DNA of 64,000 nt, taken from assembly GCA_963813115.1 (NCBI GenBank), contig CAWEXS010000001.1, positions 477,845 through 541,844 of the forward strand. Direction: 5' to 3'. The DNA comes from an uncultured Solirubrobacterales bacterium (GTDB lineage: Bacteria; Actinomycetota; Thermoleophilia; Solirubrobacterales; Solirubrobacteraceae). Below the pieces are notes generated by a model. That model was not told where the DNA came from, ran no database searches, and was given only the letters and a program-made list of their open reading frames with translations. Made by a program: the position numbers and the translations under genes. Shown here piece by piece: positions 61,981 through 64,000 of the stretch (position 1 is its first letter; every line of letters starts with the position of its first letter).

Positions 61981-62498
61981 GTGAACCCTTCATCGATCCA
62001 GCCGTCGAGCCCGCCGCCCTTCGGATTCGCAGGCTCTCCTACCCGGACCTGCCGCAGGTGATCGGGATCGAGCGTCGCGCCTTTCCCACGCCGTGGTCGC
62101 TGGCGATGTTCGTGCTCGAGATCTCCAAACCCTCCGGCATCTGCCTCGCGGCCTGCCGTGGCGAGCAGCTCGTCGGCTATCTGATCTGCTCGCGCTATGA
62201 GACCGTGTGGCATGTCATGAACATCGCGGTCGACCTCGACCGGCGCCGCGCGGGTGTCGCCTCGGCGCTGCTGAGCGATCTCTACCGACGGGTCGACGAT
62301 CGGCACGCCCGCTACACGCTGGAGGTACGTCGCTCCAATGACGCCGCCATCCATCTCTACGAACGCGAGGGGTTTCGCGCGGCCGGGCTGCGGCGTCGCT
62401 ACTACCAGGACAACGGCGAGGACGCCCTGATCATGTGGCGTACGCCCGCCACGCTGGCGGGCTCGCTCGACGACGTGCCCAACCCGGGGCCTGTATGA
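61977..62498 (+). CDS. rimI: Ribosomal-protein-alanine N-acetyltransferase
   Basis: 'FPTPWS', 'HVMNIAV', 'LEVRRSN', 'RRRYY'. Confidence 0.92.
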   Translation: MSEPFIDPAVEPAALRIRRLSYPDLPQVIGIERRAFPTPWSLAMFVLEISKPSGICLAACRGEQLVGYLICSRYETVWHVMNIAVDLDRRRAGVASALLSDLYRRVDDRHARYTLEVRRSNDAAIHLYEREGFRAAGLRRRYYQDNGEDALIMWRTPATLAGSLDDVPNPGPV

Positions 62499-63529
62499 GC
62501 GGCGCCCCGACGATCCTGGCGCTGGAGACCAGCTGCGACGACACCTGCGCGGCCGTCCTCGATGGGGCCGGGCGGCTGCGCGCCAACGTGATCTCCTCCC
62601 AGCAGGTCCACGATCGCTTCGGCGGGGTGGTGCCCGAGATCGCCTCGCGCCAGCACCTCGAACTGATCGACGTCGTGATCGAACGCGCGCTCGCCGACGC
62701 CGGTATCGGCCTCGATCAGATTGACCTCGTAGCCGCCACCCAGGGCCCCGGCCTCGTGGGGGCGCTGCTCGTCGGGCTGTCCACCGCCAAGGCCCTGGCC
62801 GCCGCCCGCGAACTGCCCTTCGTGGCCGTCGATCACCTCCAGGGGCACGTCGCCGCGAACTACATCGACGGCTTCGAGCCGCCGTTCGTGTGTCTGATCG
62901 CCAGCGGCGGGCACACGCTGCTCGCGCACGTGCGCGAGCACCAGGGCTTTGAGATCCTCGGCCGTACCCTGGACGACGCCGCCGGTGAGGCCTTCGACAA
63001 GGGCGCCCGCATGCTCGGCCTCGGCTATCCCGGAGGGCCCGCGCTTGAACGTCTGGCCGTCGGGGGCGACGCGCGGGCGTATGACTTCCCGGCCGGCGGT
63101 TCGCGCAAGCGCCCGGGGCAGGGGGTCGGCCGCCAGGCCTTCGCGCGCAGTCTCGACTTCTCCTTCGCCGGACTGAAGACCGCGCTGCTCTATCGCCTGC
63201 GCGAGCTTTCAGAGGCCGAGGCCGCCGCGCGGGCCGCCGATCTCGCGGCCTCCTACCAGGCGGCGATCGTCGAGAGCCTGCTTGCCCGCGCCGAGCAGGC
63301 GCTGACCGCCACCGGCCTGGACCGCCTGGCCGTCGGGGGCGGCGTGGCGGCCAACGGCGAGTTGCGCCGACGCCTGGGCGAACTGGACGCCACTGTCCAC
63401 GTCCCCGTGCCGGTGCTGTGCACCGACAACGCCGCGATGATCGCGAGCGCGGCGCGCTACGCGCCGGTGCTGTCCTACCCGCGGTACCTCTCGCTCGACG
63501 TCTTCGCCACCGGCGAAAGGGCCGCGTGA
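62495..63529 (+). CDS. tsaD: tRNA N6-adenosine threonylcarbamoyltransferase
   Basis: 'ETSCDDT', 'GGVVPEIASRQH', 'HLQGH', 'DDAAGEAFDK', 'DNAAMIA'. Confidence 0.95.
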   Translation: MSGAPTILALETSCDDTCAAVLDGAGRLRANVISSQQVHDRFGGVVPEIASRQHLELIDVVIERALADAGIGLDQIDLVAATQGPGLVGALLVGLSTAKALAAARELPFVAVDHLQGHVAANYIDGFEPPFVCLIASGGHTLLAHVREHQGFEILGRTLDDAAGEAFDKGARMLGLGYPGGPALERLAVGGDARAYDFPAGGSRKRPGQGVGRQAFARSLDFSFAGLKTALLYRLRELSEAEAAARAADLAASYQAAIVESLLARAEQALTATGLDRLAVGGGVAANGELRRRLGELDATVHVPVPVLCTDNAAMIASAARYAPVLSYPRYLSLDVFATGERAA

Positions 63530-63795
63530 GCAAGAGTCCGGTCACGGTCACGGTGTACTCCAAGCCGGACTGTCATCTGTGCGTGCGGGCGCTCGAGGAG
63601 CTGGGCGAGCTGCGCTGCGAGCTGGGCTTTGAGATCGTCGAGCTGGACATCACGGCCGACGAGGCGCTGCACCGCGCCTACTTCGAGCGGATACCCGTGA
63701 TCCTGCTCGACGGGGAGGAGCTGTGCGAATACTTCGTGGATGCCGAGGAGCTGAGAGCGCGCCTGCAAGCTTCCTCTACAGTCAGGGATCGATGA
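63526..63795 (+). CDS. Glutaredoxin-like (DUF836) protein
   Basis: 'YSKPDCHLC', 'ERIPVILLDG'. Confidence 0.85.
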   Translation: MSKSPVTVTVYSKPDCHLCVRALEELGELRCELGFEIVELDITADEALHRAYFERIPVILLDGEELCEYFVDAEELRARLQASSTVRDR

Positions 63796-64000
63796 GCTAC
63801 CGCGAAACGACCGCCCCCGCGGGCGAGCAGCGAGACGGCGCTGTCCCCACCACTGAGCGGCTCTCGCTGGGCGTCGCGGCACGCCTCTCGCGCTACCTAC
63901 AGGTGCTCACCCAGGCCAAGAAGATGGGCAAGGAGACGATCTCCTCGCAGGAACTCTCCGACTACACCCACGTCAACTCGACCCAGATCAGGCGCGACCT
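63792..64000 (+). CDS. rex: Redox-sensing transcriptional repressor Rex (truncated by the window end)
   Basis: 'RLSRYLQVL...ETISSQELSDYTHVNSTQIRRD'. Confidence 0.9.
   Translation, partial: MSYRETTAPAGEQRDGAVPTTERLSLGVAARLSRYLQVLTQAKKMGKETISSQELSDYTHVNSTQIRRD

Overview
High-GC actinobacterial chromosome segment. Gene content and order (polA-rpsA-coaE-uvrB, pan, tsa, hrcA-dnaJ-prmA, trp) suggest Thermoleophilia/Solirubrobacterales; this is an inference. Most of the window is core housekeeping: MaoC pair, hrcA-dnaJ-prmA, yqeY-phoH-ybeY-era, hisIE-trpEGDC-htrA-trpFBA, malic enzyme, polA, rpsA-coaE-SLT-uvrB-divIVA-like, uvrA, pit, panG-like/C/D/B, udg-tsaEB-rimI-tsaD-grx-rex. There are four accessory patches. 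(1) A toxin-antitoxin/ATPase islet at the 3' side of tRNA-Leu (1-3.3 kb). (2) A four-gene cassette (hypothetical HTH-like protein, VirD4/TraD coupling protein, MOB_C-signature relaxase, second SSB) with no integrase or mating-pair genes (5.3-9.3 kb). (3) A PadR / solo-HTH / IclR regulator islet (18.7-21.0 kb). (4) A HicAB / SOS box / XRE islet (49.1-50.8 kb) behind an unusual 96-nt tRNA with a hairpin inserted in its D-loop, a UUC anticodon and a non-Glu-like body. Other points: a structured leader in front of the pantothenate operon, and a 9.5-13.6 kb stretch full of frameshifts that is most likely a sequencing/assembly artefact. No CRISPR array, rRNA or integrase was seen.
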